Source of the DNA: Bacteriovoracaceae bacterium
GTDB taxonomy: Bacteria > Bdellovibrionota > Bacteriovoracia > Bacteriovoracales > Bacteriovoracaceae
Reading direction: 5' to 3'
Length of the DNA stretch: 64,000 nt
Assembly (NCBI GenBank): GCA_965217035.1
Contig: OZ244226.1
Coordinates: 1,656,146 to 1,720,145, forward strand
A program made the position numbers and the translations under genes. Positions 37,557 to 47,585 of the stretch are shown one piece after another. Below the pieces are notes generated by a model. The model ran no database searches. It saw only the letters and a list, made by a program, of their open reading frames with translations, and was not told the DNA's origin. Position 1 is the first letter of the stretch. Each line of letters opens with the position of its first letter.

Positions 37557-38327
37557 CTAGCGAATTACGAATACTTTTGATTCTGTGACTTTATCTGACA
37601 TAATCTCATCACTTGAATTAATAGAGCCACGTTTTGTTAGAGCATGTAACTCAACGAGTCTCTTCTTATTTCTAAAATAAACCTCTTTTCTTCCTTTTAG
37701 GAGTATATAATCCTGACCAACTTCTTCAGCGACCCTTGTGGAAACTTTATCAAAGATAATAACAGCTTCTTCTTTATCTTCTTCCTTCTTTACTGGAAGA
37801 GCTGCTGTTTGTGGTGGAGCTTGATTGGAGTTATCAATTTTTTGAGAAGCAAGACTTTTATTAGGGAGAATTGGTCTAAGAGGAGCTTTTGGAAAAGCTT
37901 TTCTTAGCTCTCTTGAGATATCTTCTTTCATATTTTTGTTCACAGCAAGAACAACGATATCTCCTTGGTTTTTCCTTTTATTTGTTGTGAAAAGGTTTGA
38001 TGTGTTTGTGTAATTAGCCCAAAGACTTGGAGCGGGTGAATTGTCAGCAATATCATCGATTGTATGTCTCTTCTTATAAGTCCTGTAATCTCTTTTCATT
38101 CCGGGCTTTAGGTCTTGATTCGGGGTAATGCTATAAGTGATTGGATCTTTGATAGGTTTTTTGTCAAATTGTCGTGTTCGGTAATAATTGAGTTGCTTAC
38201 CAACGGGTGCACCACCTCGGTTTGTATCAATGCCTTTTTCTTGATTGGAGATTTTTCTGTGCATGTTATTTACATAATTAGCACAGCCATAAAGTGAGAA
38301 AATAAATATTAAAGAAATAAGTTTCAT
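37557..38327 (-). CDS. flgH: Flagellar L-ring lipoprotein (divergent)
   Basis: YGC lipobox, LF...K..QGDIV, G.KEV; position between flgA and flgI. Confidence 0.75.
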   Translation of the reverse strand: MKLISLIFIFSLYGCANYVNNMHRKISNQEKGIDTNRGGAPVGKQLNYYRTRQFDKKPIKDPITYSITPNQDLKPGMKRDYRTYKKRHTIDDIADNSPAPSLWANYTNTSNLFTTNKRKNQGDIVVLAVNKNMKEDISRELRKAFPKAPLRPILPNKSLASQKIDNSNQAPPQTAALPVKKEEDKEEAVIIFDKVSTRVAEEVGQDYILLKGRKEVYFRNKKRLVELHALTKRGSINSSDEIMSDKVTESKVFVIR

Positions 38328-39196
38328 AATCGAACCTCAGCTTTTCCTGGCCCTGTTATTTTTGCGGAGTATACTTTTTTGGAATTTAATGATTTTACTT
38401 GAATTGTTTCATTGATTCTTCCGGTTTGCATTGCTTTGCCATTAGTAATTAATGAAATGTTATTGTTCTTTAATTCAACCGTAAGAATTTGTCCTGTTTT
38501 GATAACTTTTTTATAAGCAAAATGAGACTTAAGCAGAATTTCTCCTTTCTTAATTGATCGAGTCGTTTTAAGAAAGTGAATAGCAGGCATATCTTCAAAA
38601 TAATTATTAGGCTTGTTTGTCTCAAGAACAATGCTTTCAAAAGCATTCTTAGAGAGGTTCCCTTTGAAGACAGGAATATCTCGTATGGCCTTGTAAACTT
38701 TAAAGGACTGAGTTTGGATTAACTTTGCCGTCATCTTATGTCTTTTAGACATGCTATCTTGAAAAGAGACTTGATAATTAATAACTGAGCTTGATCCAGA
38801 ATTACAATTATAACAATCAATTTTCACATATTGATCTTCGTTTAATAAGTAAGCATCTTGGTCAGCTGGAGATTTCATTTTTTTAAAATTACGTTTTGAA
38901 TCTCTACTAATAATCTTTTTTCTCAGTAAATCTTTTAAGTGAATAATTTCTAAAAAGGGTGATGCTGATTTAAAGCTAATATTAAGCTTTTCTCTTAGCA
39001 AAACAAGGCTTGTTCTCCCTTTTGAGTTTTGAAGAAGTTGATAAAAGGAATAGAGTTCGTTTTGATTACAATTATTTGCTTTAAGACTTTTTACTTTATA
39101 AACTTTTTCGGAGGTAATAAGTATTTTCGCGGGAACGATGAGTTCACAGGTAAATCCGCTTGCTTGAAAAAATAATAAAACCAAAAGTATTCTCAT
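38324..39196 (-). CDS. flgA: P-ring formation chaperone
   Basis: C-terminal VIKTGQ.L......I...GKAMQ.G...ETIQV....SKK. Confidence 0.85.
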   Translation of the reverse strand: MRILLVLLFFQASGFTCELIVPAKILITSEKVYKVKSLKANNCNQNELYSFYQLLQNSKGRTSLVLLREKLNISFKSASPFLEIIHLKDLLRKKIISRDSKRNFKKMKSPADQDAYLLNEDQYVKIDCYNCNSGSSSVINYQVSFQDSMSKRHKMTAKLIQTQSFKVYKAIRDIPVFKGNLSKNAFESIVLETNKPNNYFEDMPAIHFLKTTRSIKKGEILLKSHFAYKKVIKTGQILTVELKNNNISLITNGKAMQTGRINETIQVKSLNSKKVYSAKITGPGKAEVRL

Positions 39197-39203
39197 TACA
39201 CTA

Positions 39204-39989
39204 TTACCTGATATTATTAACTGTTTGGAGCATTTGATCTGCAATTCCCATGACTTTTGAATTCATTTCATAGGCCCTTTGGGCTTTAATAAGGTCAGTC
39301 ATTTCGTTAACAACTTTTACATTTGAGGTTTCAAGCATTCCCTGTTCAATAACTCCATTAGCTCCTTCTCCTGCAATACTTCGAGTTGGATCCCCACTTC
39401 CGACTGTATCTTTGAAGAGGTTGCCACCCATAGATCGAAGTCCGGTTGGATTAATGAAATTGAAAAGAGGAACTTGCCCAAGATCAGAAGGTTCTTTTTG
39501 ACCTTCGATGTAAGCTTGTATTATCCCATTTTTTGAAACGTGAAGATGTGTCGTATTCGATGGAACAGTGATACCTGGATGTAGTTTATATCCATTTTTA
39601 GTAACAAGAGTTCCAGTGGAGTCGATATTAAATGCACCATCTCTTGTATAGCGGAGTTCTCCATTTGGAAGTTCAATCCCAAAGAATCCGTCACCGTTGA
39701 TCATAAGATCGTAAACGTTGTTAGTAATATTGGGTTCACCTTGAGTGAAATTTTTCCTGACAGCTGAAACTTTTACCCCTGATCCTGTTTGATTTCCTAC
39801 GGAGTGTTCCGTTGTATCAGAACTTCGCGCTCCGGCTTCTTGTTTTGTTTCATAAAGAAGATCTTCAAATTCGGTCCGACTTTTCTTGAATCCTGTTGTA
39901 TTAACATTGGCAATATTGTTGGCAATATTATCAACATTTGTTTCTTGGGCATGCATTCCTGTCGCTGAGGTATTTAATGCTCGAATCAT
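39204..39989 (-). CDS. flgG: Flagellar distal rod protein
   Basis: ANNIANVNTTGFKK, YTRDG.F, LETSNV.VV.EM..LI.AQRAYEMNSK. Confidence 0.96.
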   Translation of the reverse strand: MIRALNTSATGMHAQETNVDNIANNIANVNTTGFKKSRTEFEDLLYETKQEAGARSSDTTEHSVGNQTGSGVKVSAVRKNFTQGEPNITNNVYDLMINGDGFFGIELPNGELRYTRDGAFNIDSTGTLVTKNGYKLHPGITVPSNTTHLHVSKNGIIQAYIEGQKEPSDLGQVPLFNFINPTGLRSMGGNLFKDTVGSGDPTRSIAGEGANGVIEQGMLETSNVKVVNEMTDLIKAQRAYEMNSKVMGIADQMLQTVNNIR

Positions 39990-40819
39990 TAGTATCTCCC
40001 TAGATCGTTAATAAGTTTTCCGTTAATTCCATCGTAAATTTCAACTGCTTTTTGAATATTTTCAAAATGACGATGAGCTTTAATGAGTTTTGCCATTTCT
40101 CCAACAGCGTTAACGTTAGAACCCTCTGTATAGCCCTGGTGGACACTTGTACGTTTGAAGGCTGTTTTAATATTGTTAGGTTTATCATTAAGAAAAAAGT
40201 TGGATCCTTCCTTTTTTAGGGCATGGAGGTCATTGAATTCAACAACTGAAACTTTTCCAATCTGATCTCGATCAATATAAATAGAACCGTCTTGAGTGAC
40301 TGTTACTTTCTTCACGTTATTTGGAATTTGTAAAAATCTTTTCTCGATAGGTTCAAATTCTTTCTCTTCACCTTCTTTTGCTTCTTTTCCTTCTTGAAGT
40401 AATTTGTTTCCATTGATGTCTACAACAAATCCTTCTTTATCAACGGTGAAACTACCAACACGACTAAACCGAATGCCTCTTGGAGTTAGCATTTCAAAAA
40501 AGCCTTTTCCATAAAGAGCTAGGTCAAATGGGTTTTGAGTTGGCTCTAATTGACCCTGAGAGAAATCAGTGAAGGAGCCATCAACTTTTACTTTTGCACT
40601 TTCTGCGCCATGAGAATGATAAAAATCTTTTGGGGCCCATTCCTTGTTTGGAAGATCAACATGGTCAACACCTTTTGTAAGTGCTGTTAGGTGTTCTCTA
40701 AAAACAACATCATCTTTTTTGAATCCCTTGGTGTTTGCATTCGCAATATTATTTGCGATTGTATCTACCTTTCTTTGCTGAGCTATCTGCCCAGAAATGG
40801 GTACCCAAATATCTTTCAT
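39989..40819 (-). CDS. flgF: Flagellar proximal rod protein
   Basis: ANNIANANT.GFK, DFSQG.L..T.NP.DLAL, EGSNVN. Confidence 0.9.
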   Translation of the reverse strand: MKDIWVPISGQIAQQRKVDTIANNIANANTKGFKKDDVVFREHLTALTKGVDHVDLPNKEWAPKDFYHSHGAESAKVKVDGSFTDFSQGQLEPTQNPFDLALYGKGFFEMLTPRGIRFSRVGSFTVDKEGFVVDINGNKLLQEGKEAKEGEEKEFEPIEKRFLQIPNNVKKVTVTQDGSIYIDRDQIGKVSVVEFNDLHALKKEGSNFFLNDKPNNIKTAFKRTSVHQGYTEGSNVNAVGEMAKLIKAHRHFENIQKAVEIYDGINGKLINDLGRY

Positions 40820-40967
40820 GACTTGTTCTCCTCCATGAGATCAGCATCATTTATTAGCTTATGATACCAGAATAGGCGGTTTCTAGAGGCGAGAGGGAAA
40901 TTTAGTCGTTTTAAAAGAGTAGAATTTTCAGTACCATGAATCAGAACTATTTTAATGAGGTGTTTAG

Positions 40968-41174
40968 TTGAGTAAAAAAGTTTCATTTGAAAAAAACTTG
41001 AGTGAATTAGAGGAGTTAGTTTCAAAAATGGAGTCTGGTGAAATGTCATTAGAAGAGAGTCTGAAGAGTTTCGAAAAAAGTGTGAAACTTTATACTGTTT
41101 GCAAAAAGTCTCTTGATGAAGCTGAGAAAAAAATAAAAATTCTTTCTGATAATCTTAAAGAGGAAGATTTTTAA
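40968..41174 (+). CDS. xseB: Exodeoxyribonuclease VII small subunit
   Basis: FE..L.ELE.LV.KMESG..SLEESL..FE...L...C...L..AE.KI. Confidence 0.95.
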   Translation: MSKKVSFEKNLSELEELVSKMESGEMSLEESLKSFEKSVKLYTVCKKSLDEAEKKIKILSDNLKEEDF

Positions 41175-41176
41175 TA

Positions 41177-41926
41177 ATGCTACGTTTCTTATTTGTTTTA
41201 GTCTTCTTTTATTCTTGTAGCTCTATTAAGCCCCTGAATCAAGCCGAAGAAATTCAAGAGCAAAAAATTTTCATTGAGGAAGAAGAGCCAACGAGTGAGG
41301 GGTCTGCAGAGCTAGTCAAAAAAACGATATCTAATCATAAAATTCTTTTTCTTGGAAAAGGTCTCTCTAGTTTTATGTATGTTGGAATGTTGAAGTCTTT
41401 AAAGAAGAAAAAAATTAGAATTAAGTCAGTGACTGGAACAGGCTGGGGGAGTTTGATTGCAGCTCTTTATGCAAAATACGATAATATCAATATGGTGGAA
41501 TGGAAGTCTTTTAAGTACTTCAACGAGGATCTTCCTTACGATACTAAAAATTTTAAAATATCACTTTATAAAAGATATAAGAAACTTCTTGAGAAAGAAT
41601 TTAAAAATGAGAATGAATATTCTCTGAAAAAGATTTTTGCTAAACCTCCTGGAATGAAGCTTTACAATTATTTATTAACAGAAATGAAAAAAGCAAGAAA
41701 ACAAGAGCAAACAGGTGTTTATTGGGATTTCACTCAAAGTTGTGACAAATTAGAAAATTTCGATATTTTCAAGAATGTTTGTTTAAAAATCACTGATGAG
41801 TTCTATGCAAAACTAGATCTCTCAGGAAAATCAATCATTACGCTCCCTCTTCAGGACCTGGAATCAAGTTCTCTTTCAGATCTCATTGCAAGGGGCAAAA
41901 ATTTTTCAGATAATATTCTAAACTAA
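41177..41926 (+). CDS. Patatin-like lipoprotein with the nucleophile Ser replaced
   Basis: YSC lipobox; LGKGL..F.YVGMLK.L and GTGWGSLIAALYA in place of GxSxG. Confidence 0.6.
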   Translation: MLRFLFVLVFFYSCSSIKPLNQAEEIQEQKIFIEEEEPTSEGSAELVKKTISNHKILFLGKGLSSFMYVGMLKSLKKKKIRIKSVTGTGWGSLIAALYAKYDNINMVEWKSFKYFNEDLPYDTKNFKISLYKRYKKLLEKEFKNENEYSLKKIFAKPPGMKLYNYLLTEMKKARKQEQTGVYWDFTQSCDKLENFDIFKNVCLKITDEFYAKLDLSGKSIITLPLQDLESSSLSDLIARGKNFSDNILN

Positions 41927-41940
41927 TTTAGGAATAAAAA

Positions 41941-44715
41941 TTGAAGCGCTTTAAAAATCCCATTGCTGGCCTTATCTCTTTAGTCGGAGTCTTCGGCATT
42001 GTGACTATGGGATATCTCTTTTATATAATGTCTAATCTTCCAGATGTGGAAAGATTAAAAGAATATGCCCCTCCTCTATCGTCGAGAATCTATTCAGCTG
42101 ATGGTGAAGTACTTCTTGAAATTGGAAAGGAAAAAAGAGAACTTACTAAGTTAGAAGAGATTCCTCCAATTATTATTCAGGCTTTCTTATCGGCAGAAGA
42201 TAATAATTTTTATAGTCATAATGGTGTTGATTTTGCTGGTGTCGTAAGGGCGATGATCGCAAATATTAAGGCAGGCCGTGTTGTCCAGGGTGGATCAACA
42301 ATTACCCAGCAGGTTGCAAAATCTCTTCTCTTAACGAGCGAAAGAAGTTTTCAAAGAAAATTAAAGGATTTTATTCTCGCTATAAAAATTGAACGAGTCT
42401 TTAGTAAAGATGAAATACTTTATCTTTACCTTAATCAGGTTTATTTAGGTGGTGGTTATCATGGAGTTAAATCAGCAGTAAGAGGTTATTTTGGAAAACA
42501 ACTCTCGGAGTTAACAATTGCTGAGGCTGCTCTATTGGCGGGACTTTTAGTTGCTCCAGGAAAGTACTCGCCCTATATCAATCCTGCCTATGCCAAAAAA
42601 CGCCAAAACTATGTTCTACAAAGGCTTTTCAAGGATGGAAAAATAACAGAAGAGCAATTCAGTTTAGCAAAAAATGAATCAATTCAGCTAGAAAAGAAGG
42701 GACAGGGTGAGTTAAAAGCTCCTTATTTTACAGAGTGGGTGAGGAAGCGAGTTGTTGAGCTTGTAGGAAATGAAGAATTTTTGACTCAAGGTTTTCATAT
42801 TCGAACAACTCTTAATTACAAACTTCAGCAAGCTGCTGAGCGAGCGATTGAAAAAGGAACTCGAGACATTGATAAACGACAAGGTTTTGAGGGAGCTCTT
42901 GAGAAAATAGAAAAAGACCAATGGATAAACTTTTTAAGGGCAAGAAGACAGGAAATCTTGAGAGAGGTTTCTGCTTTTACATGGTTTACTGCCGAGGGAA
43001 CATTACGAGATGAGAAAGATTTCAACGAAGAAAGCGTTGAAAGCTTCAACGAGTTTCTATCAAGTATGATGGATAAAGATGAAGAAATCAGAAAAGAGTT
43101 TCGAATTAAAATGGCTTCGGGTAATCCTGAAGATTCGGAAGAAGTTGCGGGCTTTGAAAAAGAAAAAGATTATAAAGCTTTAGTTATCTCTGTAAACAAT
43201 TATCAAAAAACTATTTTTCTCGATATGGGAGGAATTAGAGGGGTTATTCCTTTTGAAGGCTTCAAGTGGGCAATAAAGAGAGAGATTTCTGAGAAGCGAA
43301 CCGATCGTTATCGTATTGATCGTCCTTCTCAGGTTGTTAAACCTGGTGATGTGATTTGGGTAAGACTCGTTTCCAAAAAACAAAAGGTTTTAAAAAGACT
43401 TGTTGATTCGAAGTATCTCCAATTAAAGTTGTCCGAGAAAGCAAGAGATATGCTCAAGGAACAAAAATATTATGAGTTTAAACTTGAGCAAATTCCAAAA
43501 GTTCAAGCAGCAATTGCTTCAATTAATCCATTTGATGGAAGTATTGTTTCTCTAGTAGGTGGAAAAGACTTTAGTGAATCTCAATTTAATAGAGCTGTTC
43601 AGTCTAAAAGACAACCAGGTTCATCTTTTAAACCATTTATTTATGCAGCGGCTTTGGAGGAGGGTTACACTCCTGCTTCGATTCTTATCGATACACCTCA
43701 GGCACTTGCAGGTGTTGATAACACTCTTGATTGGAGACCGAGAAATTATGATGGAAAATTTAAGGGACCTCTAACACTTCGAAAGTGTCTTGAAGAGAGT
43801 CGAAATGTTCCAACAATTACACTTCTTCAGCAAATTGGAGTGAGCAAGGTCATGAATCTTCTTGATAGAAATGATGTAAAGATCAATCGTGAAGTTGATT
43901 TAAGTATTGCACTTGGATCTTTTGGATATAATTTGCTTGATATGGTTTCTCTCTATTCAATTTTTCCTAATGGTGGAAAAAAGATTCAATTTAAATCGAT
44001 TACTTCAATTAAAAATAATGCTGGTGATGAGTACTATCTTGAAGAGCATAAGAAGGAGAAAGAGGAAGAGTTAGAGCTAGCGGAAGTTACGACAACAAGT
44101 TCAACTTCAACGACTACGACGCTTGTAAAGACTGAAGTCGATCCCTTGGATAATGGAGAGATTGTTTTTGAGCCTGTTGTTAAAAAAATCGACTTTGTTT
44201 CTAATCTTGAGGGTGATCAGGTCATGGATCGAAGAATTGCATTTTTAATGACACAGCTTTTGAAGGGCGTCATTCAGAATCGTGGTGGAACAGGACGGAA
44301 GGCCGCATCACTTAGTACTGCAATCGGAGGAAAGACTGGCACAACGAACAATTACGTTGACGCATGGTTTATCGGTTTTTCACGAAACCTTGTGTCAGGT
44401 GTATGGACAGGTTTTGACGATAACACGACTCTTGGTTTTGGAGAGACAGGTGCAAGGGCCGCGTTGCCGATCTGGAAAGAATATATGAAGGCGGCTCTAG
44501 ACGAGCTAGGAGAGCGTGATTTTAGTATTCCTCCTGGCATTTTGAACCTCTCTATCAATCCTAAGACAGGGAAGAAAGCATCACCTTCCTCTCCATCAAT
44601 TTTTAGAGAGTTCTTTGTCGAAGGAACGCAGCCTGGTGGCGAATATGACTCTGAAAAAAAATATGATGGACTTGGAATAATTGATGATGATGACTATTAT
44701 TCTTCGCAAGAATAA
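41941..44715 (+). CDS. mrcA: Penicillin-binding protein 1A
   Basis: EDNNFYSHNGVD, GGSTITQQ, RK..D, QPGSSFK, SRN, GKTGT. Confidence 0.95.
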   Translation: MKRFKNPIAGLISLVGVFGIVTMGYLFYIMSNLPDVERLKEYAPPLSSRIYSADGEVLLEIGKEKRELTKLEEIPPIIIQAFLSAEDNNFYSHNGVDFAGVVRAMIANIKAGRVVQGGSTITQQVAKSLLLTSERSFQRKLKDFILAIKIERVFSKDEILYLYLNQVYLGGGYHGVKSAVRGYFGKQLSELTIAEAALLAGLLVAPGKYSPYINPAYAKKRQNYVLQRLFKDGKITEEQFSLAKNESIQLEKKGQGELKAPYFTEWVRKRVVELVGNEEFLTQGFHIRTTLNYKLQQAAERAIEKGTRDIDKRQGFEGALEKIEKDQWINFLRARRQEILREVSAFTWFTAEGTLRDEKDFNEESVESFNEFLSSMMDKDEEIRKEFRIKMASGNPEDSEEVAGFEKEKDYKALVISVNNYQKTIFLDMGGIRGVIPFEGFKWAIKREISEKRTDRYRIDRPSQVVKPGDVIWVRLVSKKQKVLKRLVDSKYLQLKLSEKARDMLKEQKYYEFKLEQIPKVQAAIASINPFDGSIVSLVGGKDFSESQFNRAVQSKRQPGSSFKPFIYAAALEEGYTPASILIDTPQALAGVDNTLDWRPRNYDGKFKGPLTLRKCLEESRNVPTITLLQQIGVSKVMNLLDRNDVKINREVDLSIALGSFGYNLLDMVSLYSIFPNGGKKIQFKSITSIKNNAGDEYYLEEHKKEKEEELELAEVTTTSSTSTTTTLVKTEVDPLDNGEIVFEPVVKKIDFVSNLEGDQVMDRRIAFLMTQLLKGVIQNRGGTGRKAASLSTAIGGKTGTTNNYVDAWFIGFSRNLVSGVWTGFDDNTTLGFGETGARAALPIWKEYMKAALDELGERDFSIPPGILNLSINPKTGKKASPSSPSIFREFFVEGTQPGGEYDSEKKYDGLGIIDDDDYYSSQE

Positions 44716-44920
44716 ACCTCTTAAGCATTGAATTAAAAACACTTTAGAAGTTTTGAAACCTGCATTGGATAAGGCAATGTGGAAAGTGTGAAAAACTTTC
44801 TTGAGTTATTTTTTCATATGGAAATTTTAGAAATACTACTTGCCGAGCCGTTTTTTTTTGAGCATACTCGGGAGCCTGTTGATACCAATCGTTAGCATCA
44901 ACTTCGAACATTAGGGGAAC

Positions 44921-45196
44921 ATGGAAGCAATTCAATTACTAAACACTGCTATCGTAAAGACCAAAGAGAGAAGCCTCGATGAGTCTTATGAACAACGGTT
45001 GAAAGGTGTTTGTGATTCTCCTGTAATTGAAGTCTTAAACAAAGCTATTTCTAATCTTTCAGAGACTCAAAATGTTTCAAGAGACCAAGCGGCTTCTATG
45101 ATAGTTGAAACCATTCGTGAGCTTGACAGTATTTGGTCTGATTATGTGATGATGGAAGGCATTGATCGACTTAAGACTATTCTTAAAGAACAGTAG
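44921..45196 (+). CDS. Hypothetical protein
   Basis: AGGGG RBS, 91 aa helical. Confidence 0.7.
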   Translation: MEAIQLLNTAIVKTKERSLDESYEQRLKGVCDSPVIEVLNKAISNLSETQNVSRDQAASMIVETIRELDSIWSDYVMMEGIDRLKTILKEQ

Positions 45197-45330
45197 CTTC
45201 AAAAAATTCACTCAAAAACTTCACAGACTCAAGGAACAATTAAAAACTACGACTGAGTTTTATGTCTTATACATTGAAGGAAGTAGTTATTTGATTGCGA
45301 CGAAGAAGACGAGGTGTTTATGAGATGGAT

Positions 45331-46242
45331 TTAGCCTTTACCTTTAACAACAAATCCCCATTTTATTTTAGCGAGGCCACCTCTGAGCATTTCTTTCGGT
45401 GGGTTTGGAAAAGGGCCTGCTTTATTAAATGATTCTGTTGCGGCTTCATCAAGTTCTTTTACTCCACTGGAGCCGGAAATATTAACATTGACGATCTTTC
45501 CTTTGGAATCAAGTGTAATTTCAAGGTCAGTAATCAGGTTTTGACTGGCAGGAAGACGTCCTCCGCGTTTGAAAAGTTGCTTTGCTTTTTCTTTAAGGGA
45601 AACCCCCCAACGAGTCTCTAATTGTTGGCGTATTCGAAAATAAAAGCCATAGAAACGATATTCTTGAGTATTAAGTCTTGAAAACTCACCTAGCGGTAGG
45701 TCTTCAATAAAGTCATTATTAGAGGCAATTCCCCTTTCATTAATATTGCCAAACTTAGTTCCTTTTTTTGCTTTCATAATTTCAGGAGCTGCCTTCCTCT
45801 TTTTCACAGGTTTTGTTTTTGTGGTAAGAGGATTAAAAGAAAACTTAGAGAGATCGACTTGTTTCTTTCTAGTATTCGTTCTTTTTTGATTGAGTGGAGA
45901 GTCTATAATTTTATTATTACCCTTGGCTCCTTTTTTAAAAGAGTCCACTCTTTTGGCAACAGTTTGTCTGTAAAAATAATTATCTTCTTTTGACAGAAAC
46001 TTGGAATCAATAGATTTTTTCTTATTAATTGATTTCACAGTATTCACAATTTGTTTTTTCTTAGCATTCTTTTTTAACTTCAAAAGAATTTTCGTAATTT
46101 TTTCTTCATCGGACAAAGGTTTGATACCCGCCGTTTTCATCTCTAATTGAGTGAGAGTTATTATTATGTGAATTAAAAGACTCAGGGCAATCGCAATATA
46201 AAAAAATTTGCGGTCCTTGAGAAAATACATTGATCTCATCAA
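45331..46242 (-). CDS. TonB-family energy transducer
   Basis: TM SLLIH motif; C-terminal SSG..ELD.AA..F..AGPFPNPP. Confidence 0.85.
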   Translation of the reverse strand: MMRSMYFLKDRKFFYIAIALSLLIHIIITLTQLEMKTAGIKPLSDEEKITKILLKLKKNAKKKQIVNTVKSINKKKSIDSKFLSKEDNYFYRQTVAKRVDSFKKGAKGNNKIIDSPLNQKRTNTRKKQVDLSKFSFNPLTTKTKPVKKRKAAPEIMKAKKGTKFGNINERGIASNNDFIEDLPLGEFSRLNTQEYRFYGFYFRIRQQLETRWGVSLKEKAKQLFKRGGRLPASQNLITDLEITLDSKGKIVNVNISGSSGVKELDEAATESFNKAGPFPNPPKEMLRGGLAKIKWGFVVKGKG

Positions 46243-46300
46243 GGAACTTAACGGTTGAAAAGCTATAAGAGTTCAGTGTTTATGGGAGCAGTGGCAAATA

Positions 46301-46471
46301 CTACCTGGCTCGAGATTTCATGTAATTACCGACGTAAAAAAGAAAAGATCCAAGGATAAATTGAGCGAGCTCGATTCTACCGTAATCACCCTCCATTAAG
46401 CCTGAGTAGAGACATAGCCCGACAGATGTGAAACCGAATAATTGTAGTGCGAGTCCTAAGTAGAAAACCAT
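46301..46471 (-). CDS. Small two-TM membrane protein, 56 aa, absent from the ORF track
   Basis: Translated by hand: MVFYLGLALQLFGFTSVGLCLYSGLMEGDYGRIELAQFILGSFLFYVGNYMKSRAR. Confidence 0.65.
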   Translation of the reverse strand: MVFYLGLALQLFGFTSVGLCLYSGLMEGDYGRIELAQFILGSFLFYVGNYMKSRAR

Positions 46472-46723
46472 ATTACTCAAATACTCTATTTTCTGAGTTC
46501 AGACTAGTTATAACTGATAGACATAGCGAAAACTTATATGGTCTCCAGAAAAATTGGAATTATTTAATATAAGAGTCGAGTAAATTCACTGATTTTTCTC
46601 ATGGAATTTTGCAGTTCCTTCATTACTCTCTGCAGAAACTTTAAACATAATTGTTTTATCGTTAATCATTATCTCTTAGTGATTATAGGTAAATTCATAG
46701 CTTTTTCTAGTTATGGAGCTATA

Positions 46724-47584
46724 ATGAAGCTGACTATGACAAGCCCCGTACTCTTAAAAGCAAAGCCCATTGTTGAAGATCAGAAATCAAAGCTTATTGA
46801 GAAGTGTAAAGCACTGAGAAAAGCTCCTTTGATGAAAGTTCTCTTGGTTGGTAAGAACCCAGCAAGTAAAGTTTATGTTGGTCATAAGCAAAAGCTCTGT
46901 AGAGAAGTTGGAGCAGACTGTATTGTTGAAACTTTATCGGAAGATGTTTCGGAGCAAGTATTTCTTTCCAAGGTTAAAGAAATCAATAAAGACAAAGAAG
47001 TTCATGGCTTAATCATTCAACTTCCTCTTCCAGCGCAACTCAGTCATTTAAATGTTTCGGAGCTTATTCTGCCTGAAAAAGATATTGATGGTTTTCATTT
47101 CGTGAATACAAAAAATATTTTCACTAATACTGTAAATGAACATACATTACTTCCTTGTACTCCTAAAGGGATTTTAAAAGTACTCGACCATTACAATATT
47201 GCAGTTGAGGGGAAGAACGTTGTTGTCTTGGGAAGAAGTTTGATTGTAGGAAAACCAATAAGTCTTCTTTTAAGCAATCGAAATGCAACTGTGACAATTT
47301 GTCATTCAAGAACAAAAAATCTTCAAGAACATACAAAAAAAGCTGATATTTTAGTTGTTGCTATTGGAAAGGAAGAATTTATTAAAGCGGAACACTTATC
47401 AGAGAATCAAGTTATCATTGATGTTGGGATCCATAAAAAAGACGATGGCTCTTTATGTGGGGATGTGGACTTCAACGCTGCTTTGACAAGGAATCCTCTG
47501 GCGATTACTCCTGTACCAGGAGGGATTGGACCGCTTACAGTTTTATCATTAATTGAAAACTTAATTATTACAGCTGAGAAATAA
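46724..47584 (+). CDS. folD: Methylenetetrahydrofolate dehydrogenase/cyclohydrolase
   Basis: QLPLP, KDIDG, PCTP.G, GRS.IVGKP, TPVPGGIGP. Confidence 0.96.
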   Translation: MKLTMTSPVLLKAKPIVEDQKSKLIEKCKALRKAPLMKVLLVGKNPASKVYVGHKQKLCREVGADCIVETLSEDVSEQVFLSKVKEINKDKEVHGLIIQLPLPAQLSHLNVSELILPEKDIDGFHFVNTKNIFTNTVNEHTLLPCTPKGILKVLDHYNIAVEGKNVVVLGRSLIVGKPISLLLSNRNATVTICHSRTKNLQEHTKKADILVVAIGKEEFIKAEHLSENQVIIDVGIHKKDDGSLCGDVDFNAALTRNPLAITPVPGGIGPLTVLSLIENLIITAEK

Positions 47585-47585
47585 T

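Noticed and set aside
44820..44850. Sigma28 promoter at GCCGAG
   Set aside because: No -35 element at the right spacing
46243..46720. tmRNA or RNase P RNA in the long gap before folD
   Set aside because: No signature motifs; a small minus-strand ORF and divergent promoter space explain it
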